This document shows, one piece after another, positions 1 through 10,242 of a stretch of DNA of 64,000 bases. Source of the stretch: a virus (taxonomy: Duplodnaviria; Caudoviricetes). Numbering within the stretch: position 1 is the first letter of the stretch; every line of letters begins with the position of its first letter. The stretch spans positions 509-64,508 of the IMG/VR virus record IMGVR_UViG_2889436542_000005. One strand, given 5' to 3'. The notes under the pieces are model-generated. The model had not been told where the DNA came from. It saw only the letters and a list, made by a program, of their open reading frames with translations, and made no database searches. The translations under genes and the position numbers were made by a program.

Positions 1-956
1 TAAAAGACGCAAGATTATCTGATTTAAAGGATAAAAAATTTGTATCAGATTTCTTAAAAATAATTTATCAATTGCCCGCAAGATACGACAGAAAATCATC
101 TCTGGAAGAGATACTTAATGTTGGACTGTCGCCAAGACCCTATGGTTCTGCAACTGGAACAGTAACGGCATTCAAGTCTTATCTTAACTATCTTATGTTC
201 AAAAACATTCTTGAAGAAAATCCGATTAATGCAACACTCATACCAAAAAAGAAAAAGTCATTTGACAAGACGGGGTATGCGTCTTTTTCTTTAGAAGATT
301 TAAAAAGGATTTTCTCAGATGATTTGTTAAAGTATTCCAGAAAATATCCAGAACGTTACTGGCTTCAAGTTCTTGCGCTTTTTACAGGCGCAAGACTTTC
401 GGAACTTTTGCAATTACAAGTCACCGATGTTTTCTTTGACACTTCAGTTCCATACTTGTCTATCAATGTCAATGGAAACAAGTACGTAAAAAACAAAAGT
501 TCCATTCGGGACATACCGCTTCATCCTAAAATTCTCGCTCTTGGCTTTAAAGATTACGTTGAGAAGATTAAGATGTGTCGGTGGGAAAACCTCTTCTATT
601 TTATGAAACAGGAAGGAAATTTGTGTAATGCCACCTCTACTAGTTCTGCTCTTGGTCTTTATCTAAAAAAACAATGTTCTGACACTTCTAATTCTCAACG
701 TAAGGTTTTTCACAGCTATAGACACACATTCATTACCGAGCTTCAAAGAATGCAAGTGCCCCTTGAAATTCGTCAATCAATCGCTGGGCACTCCAGTCAG
801 TGCATCACAATTGACGTTTATGGCGAAAAGACTCGGCTTGAAACCATGCTTGATTACATTAAGAACGTTGACTTTCACATAGACATCCCGAAACTTCCAA
901 ACACGTCTCTTCATGTTCAAATGAGAAAACAAAGGGAGCGTAAAGAAAAGGAGTAA
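1..956 (+). CDS. Tyrosine recombinase/integrase, 5' end outside window
   Basis: Catalytic motifs LFTGARLSELL (R), HSYRH, IAGH, VYG (Y). The frame is open from position 3 to the TTG at 72, so the gene starts before the window. Confidence 0.9.
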   Translation, partial: KDARLSDLKDKKFVSDFLKIIYQLPARYDRKSSLEEILNVGLSPRPYGSATGTVTAFKSYLNYLMFKNILEENPINATLIPKKKKSFDKTGYASFSLEDLKRIFSDDLLKYSRKYPERYWLQVLALFTGARLSELLQLQVTDVFFDTSVPYLSINVNGNKYVKNKSSIRDIPLHPKILALGFKDYVEKIKMCRWENLFYFMKQEGNLCNATSTSSALGLYLKKQCSDTSNSQRKVFHSYRHTFITELQRMQVPLEIRQSIAGHSSQCITIDVYGEKTRLETMLDYIKNVDFHIDIPKLPNTSLHVQMRKQRERKEKE

Positions 957-981
957 ACGAAGACTTGATTTTCATAAATAA

Positions 982-1019
982 GAAAGGGGCTGTACTAGTA
1001 AATTAGTTCATCCCCTTTC
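982..1019. terminator. Possible hairpin between the convergent integrase and phage genes
   Basis: gaaagggg (982-989) pairs with cccctttc (1012-1019); long loop, weak U-tracts. Confidence 0.35.
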
Positions 1020-1034
1020 GCAAAAATCAAAGAG

Positions 1035-1493
1035 TTACCCAACCCCGAAATTCTTTAGTTCGTCCAGCAATCGCTCGTTTTCTTTCAAGAGACGTTCGTT
1101 CTCTTGATTTAATTCGAGCATTGTTTTTTGAGACTCCTTTTTGAACTTAGTCAGATCTTCGTTTTTTTGTACCAAGTCTCTATAGAACTCAGTCACTCGC
1201 AAATAAAATTCTTTCTGCAACTCTTCTCTTGAGACACATATGAAATTGTGGACTTCGTATTGGTATTGGGTGCACAGAACCAATCCCAAAATTGCATCAT
1301 GCCATCTTCTTATGAGCAGAACCAAAAGAACAAAAGCCGCATCTATAACAATTATTTCAATGTAATTTGAGATTAAAAAATAATGAAGAACTGAGCCAAA
1401 GATTGCTGTAGCAAATATCACTGCATAACGAGACATATCACAAGTGCGAATCTTGTTAGCAACTTCTGGGCTGACCTCAATTTCGGTTGCCAT
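1035..1493 (-). CDS. Hypothetical membrane protein with C-terminal coiled coil
   Basis: 152 aa, two hydrophobic segments then heptad-like E/K/L run; coupled to the ligase stop. Confidence 0.65.
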   Translation of the reverse strand: MATEIEVSPEVANKIRTCDMSRYAVIFATAIFGSVLHYFLISNYIEIIVIDAAFVLLVLLIRRWHDAILGLVLCTQYQYEVHNFICVSREELQKEFYLRVTEFYRDLVQKNEDLTKFKKESQKTMLELNQENERLLKENERLLDELKNFGVG

Positions 1494-2950
1494 TAAACAC
1501 TCCTAATCGCATTTTCAAACTGATCTCGCACTCTCTGTAAGTCATCAGCCTCAGTCTTGTCTTTTCTAAACTCAACAAAACGAGGTAAGAAAAGTGAATA
1601 CTTACCGCCCTCCTCTTCGGGTTCCATAATTGAGTTAAAGCGCACTGTAACAATGGAGTTTAAGAACTCGTTTCTATGCTCATTGATGAATGATCGGGTG
1701 GCGTCGTCAAACCCCGAAACCGAAACTTGAAGCGTGTCATCAGAGGTTGCGCATACGATAGAGCCAACATTATTTTCAAACTTGCCCTTACCCTCTTCAT
1801 AACCGACGATTTTCAGATCGCAGTCAACCGAAAGTTTCATCTTGATTTGAGCTTTTGAAGTCCCGTCCTTCCAAGTGCCAGAGAAAAGTTTGATGATTGC
1901 GCCCTCTTTGCCCTGATTCAACATCTTGCGATAAAAATTCTGAGCATCGTCAAAACTCTTGACCAATTCTGTTTTGACGATTTCTAAATGCTCAACCAGC
2001 AGAGGCTCTGATTCAGAATGATGCTGAGCAAAGTGAACTAATGCGGCTTTGTACTGACTGAGCAGTTTTGCAAAGCGATCTTTATAAGCCACTTTGTATT
2101 CTGTCCCCGTCAACGCATAGTCCAGAGGCACAGAGTCCCAAATGACCATCTTTACACGATATTCGTCGGGAACCTTCGAACCCGAGAGAACAGAATTAAG
2201 AATCCCATTTCCTTTCTCTCTGGGCAGAACTTCGCCAGTTTTCTTATCAACAATCAGCATCTCGCCATGAGATTGATGATCGCTCAAAAGAGCAATGCTA
2301 AGAATTGCTCTCGTCTCATCATCAAACAAAAGGCTTGGGTCATACTTCATACCCGTGCGGGTGTACAGCTCCAACTCTGCTTTGTCAGCATAATTATTGA
2401 TGTTGGTAAATGCACCATCGCATTTTTCTTGAATGAGTGCACTTGACCAATCAACTGACTCAAACGGAACCTGATTGGGCAAACTACAACGCATGTATGG
2501 AATGATGGGAATGATTGCAGGTTTGACCTTGTTGAGCGTCTTTGCACCAACCCCGACACGCATGTCTTTATCGACAATGCTTTTGAGAATTTTGCGACTT
2601 TCAAACGAAAGTCCCCAATACATAGAACTGAATAATTTAATACCATCGTCGGTATTTAAATTAATCTCGTTTGAATGAATTCTTTTCAGAATGTCATTAA
2701 TCAAAAACCCTTTTATTTTGTCTGACTGCTCTTCAGAAATAATTCTTTCACCAGCATTAAAATAATTGTAATAAGGGTTCAGCGCTTCTCTAAAAACATA
2801 CCAAAGAGGAGCATAAGAAACATTTGATTTAAGAATTACTTCTTTTTCCTTGCGTGAAGAAGTAGCAGATAAACTGTTTAAAATCCCATCAATTTTTTTT
2901 GCTTCTTCGTCAGAAATTTTTACTGTCGCACCGAGTGAATCATAATTCAT
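1493..2950 (-). CDS. ATP-dependent DNA ligase (phage type)
   Basis: Adenylation motif QEKCDG, EGAIIK motif, C-terminal OB fold (SLFLPRFVEFRKDK). Confidence 0.93.
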   Translation of the reverse strand: MNYDSLGATVKISDEEAKKIDGILNSLSATSSRKEKEVILKSNVSYAPLWYVFREALNPYYNYFNAGERIISEEQSDKIKGFLINDILKRIHSNEINLNTDDGIKLFSSMYWGLSFESRKILKSIVDKDMRVGVGAKTLNKVKPAIIPIIPYMRCSLPNQVPFESVDWSSALIQEKCDGAFTNINNYADKAELELYTRTGMKYDPSLLFDDETRAILSIALLSDHQSHGEMLIVDKKTGEVLPREKGNGILNSVLSGSKVPDEYRVKMVIWDSVPLDYALTGTEYKVAYKDRFAKLLSQYKAALVHFAQHHSESEPLLVEHLEIVKTELVKSFDDAQNFYRKMLNQGKEGAIIKLFSGTWKDGTSKAQIKMKLSVDCDLKIVGYEEGKGKFENNVGSIVCATSDDTLQVSVSGFDDATRSFINEHRNEFLNSIVTVRFNSIMEPEEEGGKYSLFLPRFVEFRKDKTEADDLQRVRDQFENAIRSV

Positions 2951-3005
2951 TGATTTCTCCCATGTTTAATGTTTTTCAATTTCAATTGCATCTATCTTGT
3001 TTACT

Positions 3006-3023
3006 TAAGTAAGTATTTACTTA
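3006..3023. promoter_or_regulatory. Palindromic operator copy 1
   Basis: TAAGTAA-GTAT-TTACTTA, intergenic upstream of the ligase. Confidence 0.75.
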
Positions 3024-3027
3024 TATT

Positions 3028-4125
3028 TTATCGTAAAGAAAGCAGGAACTTGATAACGCTTATCTTATTGATAGCAACTGCCTCCCAGAACGCCTCGATG
3101 ATTTCAGAGGGGGTACATTCGTTAGGGTCTTTGTCTTTCGGTAAAACGGCGATACGCACCGTCAGTCCTAGCTTTGCGACCTCTAAAGCGTATTTTGCGG
3201 CGTCTTTTAGAGCCTCCGTTTCTCCGTCCCACATAAAAGTACACACACGAAGCCCTTTTTCGCACAATTTTCTTAAGTAATCGATCTGTCCACCAGAGCT
3301 AAGTGAGATGTGCTTACCGAAAGAAGCGACGGCTAGAATTTTTGCAAACGCAGAATTTCCCCTAAAGGCTTGTCTGATGGCAATGCAGTCGAAGACTCCT
3401 TCCCCGATAACAATCTGATCGTGTCCGTCAAAATTCCAACCGTTGTAAAAGAGAGTGCCTGTAGCGTTCAGTCCTGGCGGGAACAGATAACGCTTTGGAC
3501 TCATCCCCGTATAGTCTCTTCCCTGAAAGGTGACGGTTTTACCGTTTATGTCAAAGATGGGAATTATGATGCGACCTGAGTAATCTTGATAGCCAATATT
3601 CCCGTCAGGTTTTCGATATTGAAAATACCCATTGGTGCAGTCGCCCAACTTGAAGTATTCGATCGATTCAAGAGAGATTCCTCTGTCAAGAAGGTATTTT
3701 GCACTCGCAAAGCCCGCCCCCTGTTGCTTAACCGTCTCAGCAATATCAATCATGGAGGGCATGAAAAATCTTGTGTCTTTGAACACGCTCTCTTGAGCAT
3801 GATTCACCTCTTTCTTCGGTCTCCATCCAGTCTCTTGCGAGACTTCTTGAATATGACGAGCGACATCTTTCTTAGAAAGGTTTTTTAACTCAGCGCAAAT
3901 AAACTTCCATTTATTGAACTTTGCTTGACAATCACCGTGAAAACAATTGCCAAGCCCCGTCTCTGCATTGAGATAAACTTTCCATTTGCTACCTCCGCAA
4001 ACGGGGCAAGTTTTTACGTTGAGCTGTACACCATGACTGCCCGTTGTTTTTCGATACTGAATACCTTCTCTATCTAGCCAATATTCGATATCAAGGGCGT
4101 CAATCGCTTCAGATAAATTATTCAT
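3028..4125 (-). CDS. DNA primase (Zn finger + Toprim)
   Basis: CPVC...CFHGDC zinc finger; GRIIIPI, GEGVFD, WDG and KDPNE Toprim motifs. Confidence 0.9.
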   Translation of the reverse strand: MNNLSEAIDALDIEYWLDREGIQYRKTTGSHGVQLNVKTCPVCGGSKWKVYLNAETGLGNCFHGDCQAKFNKWKFICAELKNLSKKDVARHIQEVSQETGWRPKKEVNHAQESVFKDTRFFMPSMIDIAETVKQQGAGFASAKYLLDRGISLESIEYFKLGDCTNGYFQYRKPDGNIGYQDYSGRIIIPIFDINGKTVTFQGRDYTGMSPKRYLFPPGLNATGTLFYNGWNFDGHDQIVIGEGVFDCIAIRQAFRGNSAFAKILAVASFGKHISLSSGGQIDYLRKLCEKGLRVCTFMWDGETEALKDAAKYALEVAKLGLTVRIAVLPKDKDPNECTPSEIIEAFWEAVAINKISVIKFLLSLR

Positions 4126-5050
4126 TTTGTTGACTCAGCACTTTCTTAACCAGCAAAAAACCTTTTGCGCCAACATTCAGAATCTTCTTGAGTTCTTCAT
4201 GACCAACAAATTCTGGATGATCTTTCATAAAGTCTTCAGTTGCATCTACAGTCAGCGCTTTAACAATTTTTGGTATTTCTTTTGCGTCTGTAGCATTCAT
4301 TTTTGAAAGCACCGAATAAACTCGCTGTTCAGTAAAGTAATTCACGAACAAGCTATTGGCGCCTTTGATCGTTCGCTTTAATTCCAACTCTTCAGCTGTT
4401 GGTTTTGATTTTGCTTTTTCTTCAAATCCCGCAAACTTGAGCTTAAACGACAGGTCAGAACTAATGTTGTGCAGAACAACTCCTTCACAAATTCCGTTCT
4501 CTGTCAGTACGCTATTTTGAGAAAGCTGTTCAAAGTTAATGTCTTTGAGCCGCTTTTTGTTCAGAATCGGCACTACAAACCTAGTCATATCTGTAGGATG
4601 CGCAGTGAAGTTGAGCTGAATCGCAACGTTGATTAAGTCTTGAAAATTTTTAAAACGCCAACCAATTTCGGTGCGAATTGCAAATCCAAACAAAAGAATT
4701 TGTGGTTTCTTGTCACCATACCAAAGACGATGAAGCTTTTGACTGTTGACTAATTCGCCATAAAGAGCATATCCATTGATGTATGGATACTGTTTAGAAA
4801 CTGCAACATCAATACTGTTAAGCATTAATTTGAGTCTCTCCATTGCTGTTTTAACATCTCTGTTTTGAGACCAATCTTCGCCATTGCGTGAAAAGATGCG
4901 CCAATCTTGATTGGGTTCTTTGCCCAGACAAAGATTACAGCCATCACATTTTTCCGTGATGTACACGACATCATTTGCGTGGTCCTTCAAAGCTTGTTTA
5001 TCAATTTGATAAAGGTTGTCCATGTGTGGCCAATGTTTAAATATGCTCAT
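4118..5050 (-). CDS. RNA ligase, Rnl2-like nucleotidyltransferase
   Basis: ITEKCDGCN (KxxG), FSRNG, YGEL, EGVV, FKLK motifs; no OB domain evident. Confidence 0.75.
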   Translation of the reverse strand: MSIFKHWPHMDNLYQIDKQALKDHANDVVYITEKCDGCNLCLGKEPNQDWRIFSRNGEDWSQNRDVKTAMERLKLMLNSIDVAVSKQYPYINGYALYGELVNSQKLHRLWYGDKKPQILLFGFAIRTEIGWRFKNFQDLINVAIQLNFTAHPTDMTRFVVPILNKKRLKDINFEQLSQNSVLTENGICEGVVLHNISSDLSFKLKFAGFEEKAKSKPTAEELELKRTIKGANSLFVNYFTEQRVYSVLSKMNATDAKEIPKIVKALTVDATEDFMKDHPEFVGHEELKKILNVGAKGFLLVKKVLSQQNE

Positions 5051-5059
5051 ATTTTCTCC

Positions 5060-6505
5060 TTAAACCCCTTCTGTTTCAGGTACAACAAACGAACCGATAG
5101 TTTTACTTGCACGACTCCCCTCAACCTTCACAACGTCGGTAATGAACTGCATCTTTGAGACATTCTGTTTTACCGTGATCGTGAGTCCTGATTCTGAGTT
5201 TCGACTGGCTACAAAATAGAGACGAGCCTCACCTTTCTCTCTTTCTTCTTGTGACACGTTGATAGAGATAACAATGTCAGCTGTTCTGACTTTGTTAAAG
5301 TCTTCAGCCACATGCTCCATTTCTGCAACTTTGCTTTTGGAGCCTTCTCTGTTTGTTTGCGTAGCAGTCAGCATCGCAACATTGAACTCAAACGCCAAAG
5401 CTCTCAAATCGACATAAATTGTTCTGAAGTTTTCAGTGATGTTTGTTGACCTTTGTTCTGGCGCCATCAAATCAGCATAGTCAAGACAAATAAGGTCGTA
5501 CTGCACACCCTTTTCTCTCATCGACTCAAGATAACGTTTCAGCGTTGAAACCTTGAGCGTGCCCGACGGGTACTCTCGAATATGAAAGAGTCCAACTTGG
5601 GGTTTAATATCGTCTTTTGTTGCAATGGCTTTATCTCGCAAACTTTCAATCTTTCTTTGAACCGTCAAGCTATGAGACACTAAATCTTTCATTGAGGTGT
5701 CAGAAATACAAGCGTCAATTCGATCAGAAATAATCCTTGCTGAGACTTCAAGCGTCACGTACAAAACGTTATAGCCTTTCAGACACGCAGATTGTCCAAA
5801 AAACAAGAGACTTAAGGATTTACCAGATTTTGCAGTACCCATCATCAAAGACAGCTCTTTTCGGCCCCAGCCTTTGTGATAAAGACATTCGTCAAATTCT
5901 CTGCAACCTGTAGTTATGCCGCTTGGGGGCAAAATCCCACTTTCAATGTCTTTTCTTGTTTCTGTTCGTTTTTTGATTTCTTCAAAGTAGTCATAGGACT
6001 TTACTTCGTCCTCTGCCCCAACTGATAAAGCTTCTTTCAGTTTTTTCTCAATCGTCGCCCAATCTCGCTTATCAATTAGCTCGACCGAGTCATAAATTGA
6101 TGCTGTAACGGCGCTTGAACGTGCAAACTCTACTAAATGGTCAATTAGGGCGTCGCAAGGCGGAAGAGAAACAGTTGGAGAATAAGCTTCTTTAAGTACA
6201 GGAATGACCTCGGAAACTTCTTCCTTTGTGAATATATGCTTTTTGATGTAGTCTTTTAAGGTCGTTGTCACAAGCGCATCGTTCAGCACGGTTTTATACC
6301 GCTCATAAAAGTCCTTTGCGACTTTACAACCCAAAGCTAAAGCTGTGCTGTCAAAATGCTGAGGCAACAAAAGGCCGTTTGCTCTGCGCATGAAATTTTC
6401 GTCACGCAAAGCGGAGATCACAAGCGCTTTTTGAAACGCTTCATCAAACTTATATTTAATCGGTTTCCCATCTTTCTCAGCGACGGGAATCACTGATTCG
6501 CTCAT
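5060..6505 (-). CDS. Replicative DnaB-like helicase
   Basis: Walker A GTAKSGKS, YVTLE, LDYADL, ATQTNR, ADIVISI; next to the primase. Confidence 0.92.
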   Translation of the reverse strand: MSESVIPVAEKDGKPIKYKFDEAFQKALVISALRDENFMRRANGLLLPQHFDSTALALGCKVAKDFYERYKTVLNDALVTTTLKDYIKKHIFTKEEVSEVIPVLKEAYSPTVSLPPCDALIDHLVEFARSSAVTASIYDSVELIDKRDWATIEKKLKEALSVGAEDEVKSYDYFEEIKKRTETRKDIESGILPPSGITTGCREFDECLYHKGWGRKELSLMMGTAKSGKSLSLLFFGQSACLKGYNVLYVTLEVSARIISDRIDACISDTSMKDLVSHSLTVQRKIESLRDKAIATKDDIKPQVGLFHIREYPSGTLKVSTLKRYLESMREKGVQYDLICLDYADLMAPEQRSTNITENFRTIYVDLRALAFEFNVAMLTATQTNREGSKSKVAEMEHVAEDFNKVRTADIVISINVSQEEREKGEARLYFVASRNSESGLTITVKQNVSKMQFITDVVKVEGSRASKTIGSFVVPETEGV

Positions 6506-6536
6506 ACTTTCTCCCTTTTTATTTTTGAATTATACA

Positions 6537-6554
6537 TAAGTAAGCGATTAGTTA
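6537..6554. promoter_or_regulatory. Palindromic operator copy 2 (1 mismatch)
   Basis: TAAGTAA-GCGA-TTAGTTA upstream of the helicase. Confidence 0.65.
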
Positions 6555-6581
6555 TATATGGAGAAGCAATAGTTCCTAAAT

Positions 6582-7295
6582 CTACATTTGAGCTTCTTTG
6601 ACGACCCCAAGCCCAAATTCTTGTAAAGCTCTTGTCAGTCTGATTGTGTTGTTCTTATACATAGAGGTTCTTAAAAGCATGGCTTTTTGAAAAGGTGTCA
6701 CTTGGGCGTGAATGCGCCCGCACAAATAGTCCTCGAAAAAAATTTGTGACGGGTCACTGATAAACTGCCCACTTTGAAAGAACGGGTCCTTTGCGTAATA
6801 GGTTTCGTCGCCCTGCCAAAAATCTGTCTTGATGAGATTTAAAACTTCTTTGTCTTGCGCTAGGTAAACGAAAAGCGATGGTCTGGGATAATATTTCCCT
6901 TCTAACTTTCCCATGACACGAAGACCGCCCTCTAAAGCCCCCAAAAACGCTTTGTATTCAACGCCAATCGAGTCCGCTAGTCTTCTTAGCTGATTGATGC
7001 TGACAGCTTCCCTAGACTCTAAAAAGTCCCTTTTCAAGCCCAGTTTTTTGCTTTTATAATCCTCTGTCTTTCTAATCCAAGACTGAGCTTTTTGTCTGTA
7101 GCACTCCGCAAGGTAGTAATCAGCTTGAAGCGGGTGCAGTCTTCTATAGTCAAACCACTTTGAAGAAAAGAGAGCTGACTCAGAAACCCGCTGTATGGGA
7201 GTAAAAGAAGAAAGAAACAAAGTCTCACATTCCTCTAAGCTTTTATCCATCCCGAAGTAGGGTTCTAACCAGAAGGGAAGTATAGTTTTAACCAT
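6582..7295 (-). CDS. Hypothetical phage protein
   Basis: 237-aa ORF in operon orientation; no recognised motif. Confidence 0.7.
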   Translation of the reverse strand: MVKTILPFWLEPYFGMDKSLEECETLFLSSFTPIQRVSESALFSSKWFDYRRLHPLQADYYLAECYRQKAQSWIRKTEDYKSKKLGLKRDFLESREAVSINQLRRLADSIGVEYKAFLGALEGGLRVMGKLEGKYYPRPSLFVYLAQDKEVLNLIKTDFWQGDETYYAKDPFFQSGQFISDPSQIFFEDYLCGRIHAQVTPFQKAMLLRTSMYKNNTIRLTRALQEFGLGVVKEAQM

Positions 7296-7392
7296 AATTA
7301 AACGCCACGAGTGACCAATAAAAATTACTTCTAGTAAAAAGTAATTACTTATTTATATTATATATAGGGTACTCGTGTTTTCATCAATCCAT

Positions 7393-7424
7393 AAATAAAC
7401 CCGCCAACGTCAATGAGTGGCGGG
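7393..7424 (-). terminator. Rho-independent terminator after phoH
   Basis: cccgcca/tggcggg stem followed by TTTATTT on the minus strand. Confidence 0.7.
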
Positions 7425-7450
7425 GTGTAAAAGATTAGCGTTCGGCTTAT

Positions 7451-8287
7451 TTATTTCTTAATGACAACTTCCCGAATCTTTTTGAAAAGGAACTGACCAA
7501 GCGGGTCCTCCCTCTCTTCGACATAAGGTGTCGGCTCCAACATCAATTCTGAACTTCTGATCTCTTTCCCATAGAAGCGCTTGTACTCTTTCGACGGGCG
7601 TTTATCTTCTTTTGGACGCTCATAAGCCTCAACAATTTCCTGAACCAAACCTGAGCGAACAATGTCGGCTTTGGTGAAGTTGATGACTTTGACTGACGGT
7701 AAAAAACCGATTCGTTCAATTGCATCAATCAAGCCACTCTCTCCCCGAATGTCTTTTTGAGTTGTATCGCCATTAACAATGACGGTGCAGTTCTCGCCAA
7801 TTCGAGTTAAGAACATCTTCATCTCGGTTGGTGTAGTGTTTTGCGCTTCGTCAAGAATGACGTAACAGTTCTGAAACGTAATTCCCCTCAGATATGCCAA
7901 CGGAATTGCTTGAATTTTGCCACTCTTCATCATGCATTCAGCTCTGCCCTTGCCTAATCTGTCGTACAAAACTTGTTTGAACGGCTGTAAGTACGGCTCA
8001 AACTTGTCGTTGATTTCTCCTGGAAGGAAACCCAAACTTTCCCCAGCCTCTACCGCAGGTCTTGTCAGAATTACCTTGTCGGTTCTTCCGTTCATTAATG
8101 CTTGAGCGGCCATTGCTGTTGCAAGCCATGTTTTGCCTGTTCCAGCTGAGCCTGTGGCAAAAATCAGTTTGAAACTTTTGATAGCGCCGATGTAGCGTTT
8201 CTGAGTTTCTGTCTTGCCTTCAATATGGGTTGAATTAGGGCTTCCTAAATCCTCTACGGATTCACTTGTGTTTTTTCTTCTTGTCAT
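7451..8287 (-). CDS. phoH: PhoH-family ATPase
   Basis: GSAGTGKT, TRPAVEAGESLGFLPG, YLRGITF, DEAQN, GDTTQKD, DIVRSGLV. Confidence 0.95.
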   Translation of the reverse strand: MTRRKNTSESVEDLGSPNSTHIEGKTETQKRYIGAIKSFKLIFATGSAGTGKTWLATAMAAQALMNGRTDKVILTRPAVEAGESLGFLPGEINDKFEPYLQPFKQVLYDRLGKGRAECMMKSGKIQAIPLAYLRGITFQNCYVILDEAQNTTPTEMKMFLTRIGENCTVIVNGDTTQKDIRGESGLIDAIERIGFLPSVKVINFTKADIVRSGLVQEIVEAYERPKEDKRPSKEYKRFYGKEIRSSELMLEPTPYVEEREDPLGQFLFKKIREVVIKK

Positions 8288-8289
8288 AT

Positions 8290-10242
8290 TTAGATGGGAG
8301 ATTCGGTTGCAAAATCACGCTCATACCACTTACCGCCAGCAATAGCAAAGTTGGTAACGGGGATATATTCAAAATTAGTGACTTTGGTCTTGGTATCAAT
8401 ATGAACCAATCCAAAACCCAATCCCCACTTTTCGCCTTCGCAGTAACTTGCGCTTCGTTTGTGTCCGCAACCCAGTTGATGCCACTCATATGTTCCATAG
8501 GTTGGAGAAAAAGAACTCCAAACTATATGTTTATGGTGATGCCCGTGACATCCTGGCATTCCCATATCTCGAGCTTGAGGCAAATGATGAACGAGAAAAC
8601 TGTCGTAATAAACCTTGTAATTGTTTGCGAGTTCTTTTTCTTCATCACGCTTGCTCCAAGCCCGTAAATCGGCTTTTGCAATGTAATTAACTTCGTATTC
8701 GTCTAATCCCAGCAGTTTTGAAATCGTAAAACCGTGCAGATCAGAAAGCACCGCTCTTAATGCGGGAGTTGCTTCTGCCAAGTGCTTAATTAAACGACAA
8801 TTGCCAGTGAAATTTACGATTCCACCACGCTTTGTAATAAGTGTTCCGTCAACAGTCTGAACTGCCACAACTGTTTGTCTGTCGGTTCTTTCAACTGAAC
8901 AGAAAGCGTTAAGCGATCTTTTGAGAATGTTGATACGCCATTCCTTTTTCATTTCCTTGACTACACAAGGAGTGCCGTGAAGAACATAGGCAATTTGAAG
9001 AGCTTCGGCAACCTCTTTTGACGGCATTGTATAAGCTCTGCCGAGAGTGAAATATTTCTCTGACAAATGAGACTCAAGTTCTTTAAGCGTTTCAGCGCTG
9101 ACCTTCATCATTGCGCCAAAATCAACTGGCTTTGTGCCCTCAATCATCGCAAGAACATCACTCAAAGGGGGTGAGTCTTTGTGCTCAAGATTCATCACCA
9201 GTTTCTTTCTATTTGCCCTAAAGCCCTTTCTTTCAAACTGTTTTACAGGCTGTAATTTCCCATCAAGAAATATGTTGTGAGAAAGAGAAACGCATTCGTT
9301 TGCAAGCGTTCCTTCAACTAATACCGCTTGTACCAGTTTCAAACCTTTAAGGGCAATCGGATTTTCGAAATGAAGTTTTTCTTCTGACTGAGAGAAACTA
9401 GCTACTTTCATATCGAGACGCAGATTTGGTGCCAGAACCCAGCCTTTATCAGTCAGAACTTCTGTGTCCAGCGAAATACATTCATGATTGCCTTCAATAA
9501 GATCAATTTGGGAGTTAGGTGCTACTTTTCTCATCGGTTTCAGCACCTCGTCATGAACAAACTTAATGCGATTTACGACGTTCCACTCACGAGGGTCAAC
9601 AGAATATTTGCCAAACTCAGGTAAATCAAAGAGGTCTCCGCCAATGCAAATCACGTCGGGTTGCGCCCTTTTTGCCACATCAAGGAAGGTTCTCAAGAAA
9701 AATTTGTCGCACTCAACATCATGCAAGTCAGAGGCTATCAGAACCGTTTTAAAGCGATTTGAATTGGGCTTAAGGTACTTACCTTCATAATGCTGTCTTT
9801 CTTCGTTAAACGCTTTATATGCGTCCCTTGAAGCGTGTTTTGCAATGTCTTTTTCTAGCTGTTGCTGAGGGCGGGTAAGGGTCAGTCCAGCCTGTCGTTT
9901 GAACTCTTCAAATGTTCCGAAAAACCTGTTCCAAGTCGAATCAGAAGTTTGTGTGTGGTTGCGATAAAAATTTCTCGTGATGAATTTTTCTTCGTTTTCC
10001 TTTTGAACTTTCTGAAGCTCTTCAATGCAGTCATCTTTTGTGTACCCAGCTTTGAAGAAGCTAATGTCTTCAGAAAGAAGCTGTTTAGCTCTGTTGATAA
10101 GCACATATCCTTCATCACGAGCTTTCTTTGCTTTCTTTCTGACTGTTCTTTCATTGATGTGGAAGTGATTTGCCACGTCAATAATTTTTGGGAAATCTTT
10201 AAGGTTGTTATAAATTTGGACGAAGTTTTCTAATTCGCTCAT
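8290..10242 (-). CDS. Calcineurin-like metallophosphoesterase with N-terminal HTH-like region, intein-containing
   Basis: SDLHD, GGDLFD, GNHE and GHHHKH motifs; interrupted right after GNHE. Confidence 0.88.
   Translation of the reverse strand: MSELENFVQIYNNLKDFPKIIDVANHFHINERTVRKKAKKARDEGYVLINRAKQLLSEDISFFKAGYTKDDCIEELQKVQKENEEKFITRNFYRNHTQTSDSTWNRFFGTFEEFKRQAGLTLTRPQQQLEKDIAKHASRDAYKAFNEERQHYEGKYLKPNSNRFKTVLIASDLHDVECDKFFLRTFLDVAKRAQPDVICIGGDLFDLPEFGKYSVDPREWNVVNRIKFVHDEVLKPMRKVAPNSQIDLIEGNHECISLDTEVLTDKGWVLAPNLRLDMKVASFSQSEEKLHFENPIALKGLKLVQAVLVEGTLANECVSLSHNIFLDGKLQPVKQFERKGFRANRKKLVMNLEHKDSPPLSDVLAMIEGTKPVDFGAMMKVSAETLKELESHLSEKYFTLGRAYTMPSKEVAEALQIAYVLHGTPCVVKEMKKEWRINILKRSLNAFCSVERTDRQTVVAVQTVDGTLITKRGGIVNFTGNCRLIKHLAEATPALRAVLSDLHGFTISKLLGLDEYEVNYIAKADLRAWSKRDEEKELANNYKVYYDSFLVHHLPQARDMGMPGCHGHHHKHIVWSSFSPTYGTYEWHQLGCGHKRSASYCEGEKWGLGFGLVHIDTKTKVTNFEYIPVTNFAIAGGKWYERDFATESPI
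8800..9480 (-). mobile_element. Intein (227 aa) in the phosphoesterase
   Basis: Starts CISLDTEVLTDKGW; ends VNFTGN followed by Cys+1 (CRL); penultimate residue is Gly, not His. Confidence 0.85.

Noticed and set aside
7331-7351. Sixth operator copy
   Set aside because: Only one half-site (TTACTTA) matches with correct spacing.
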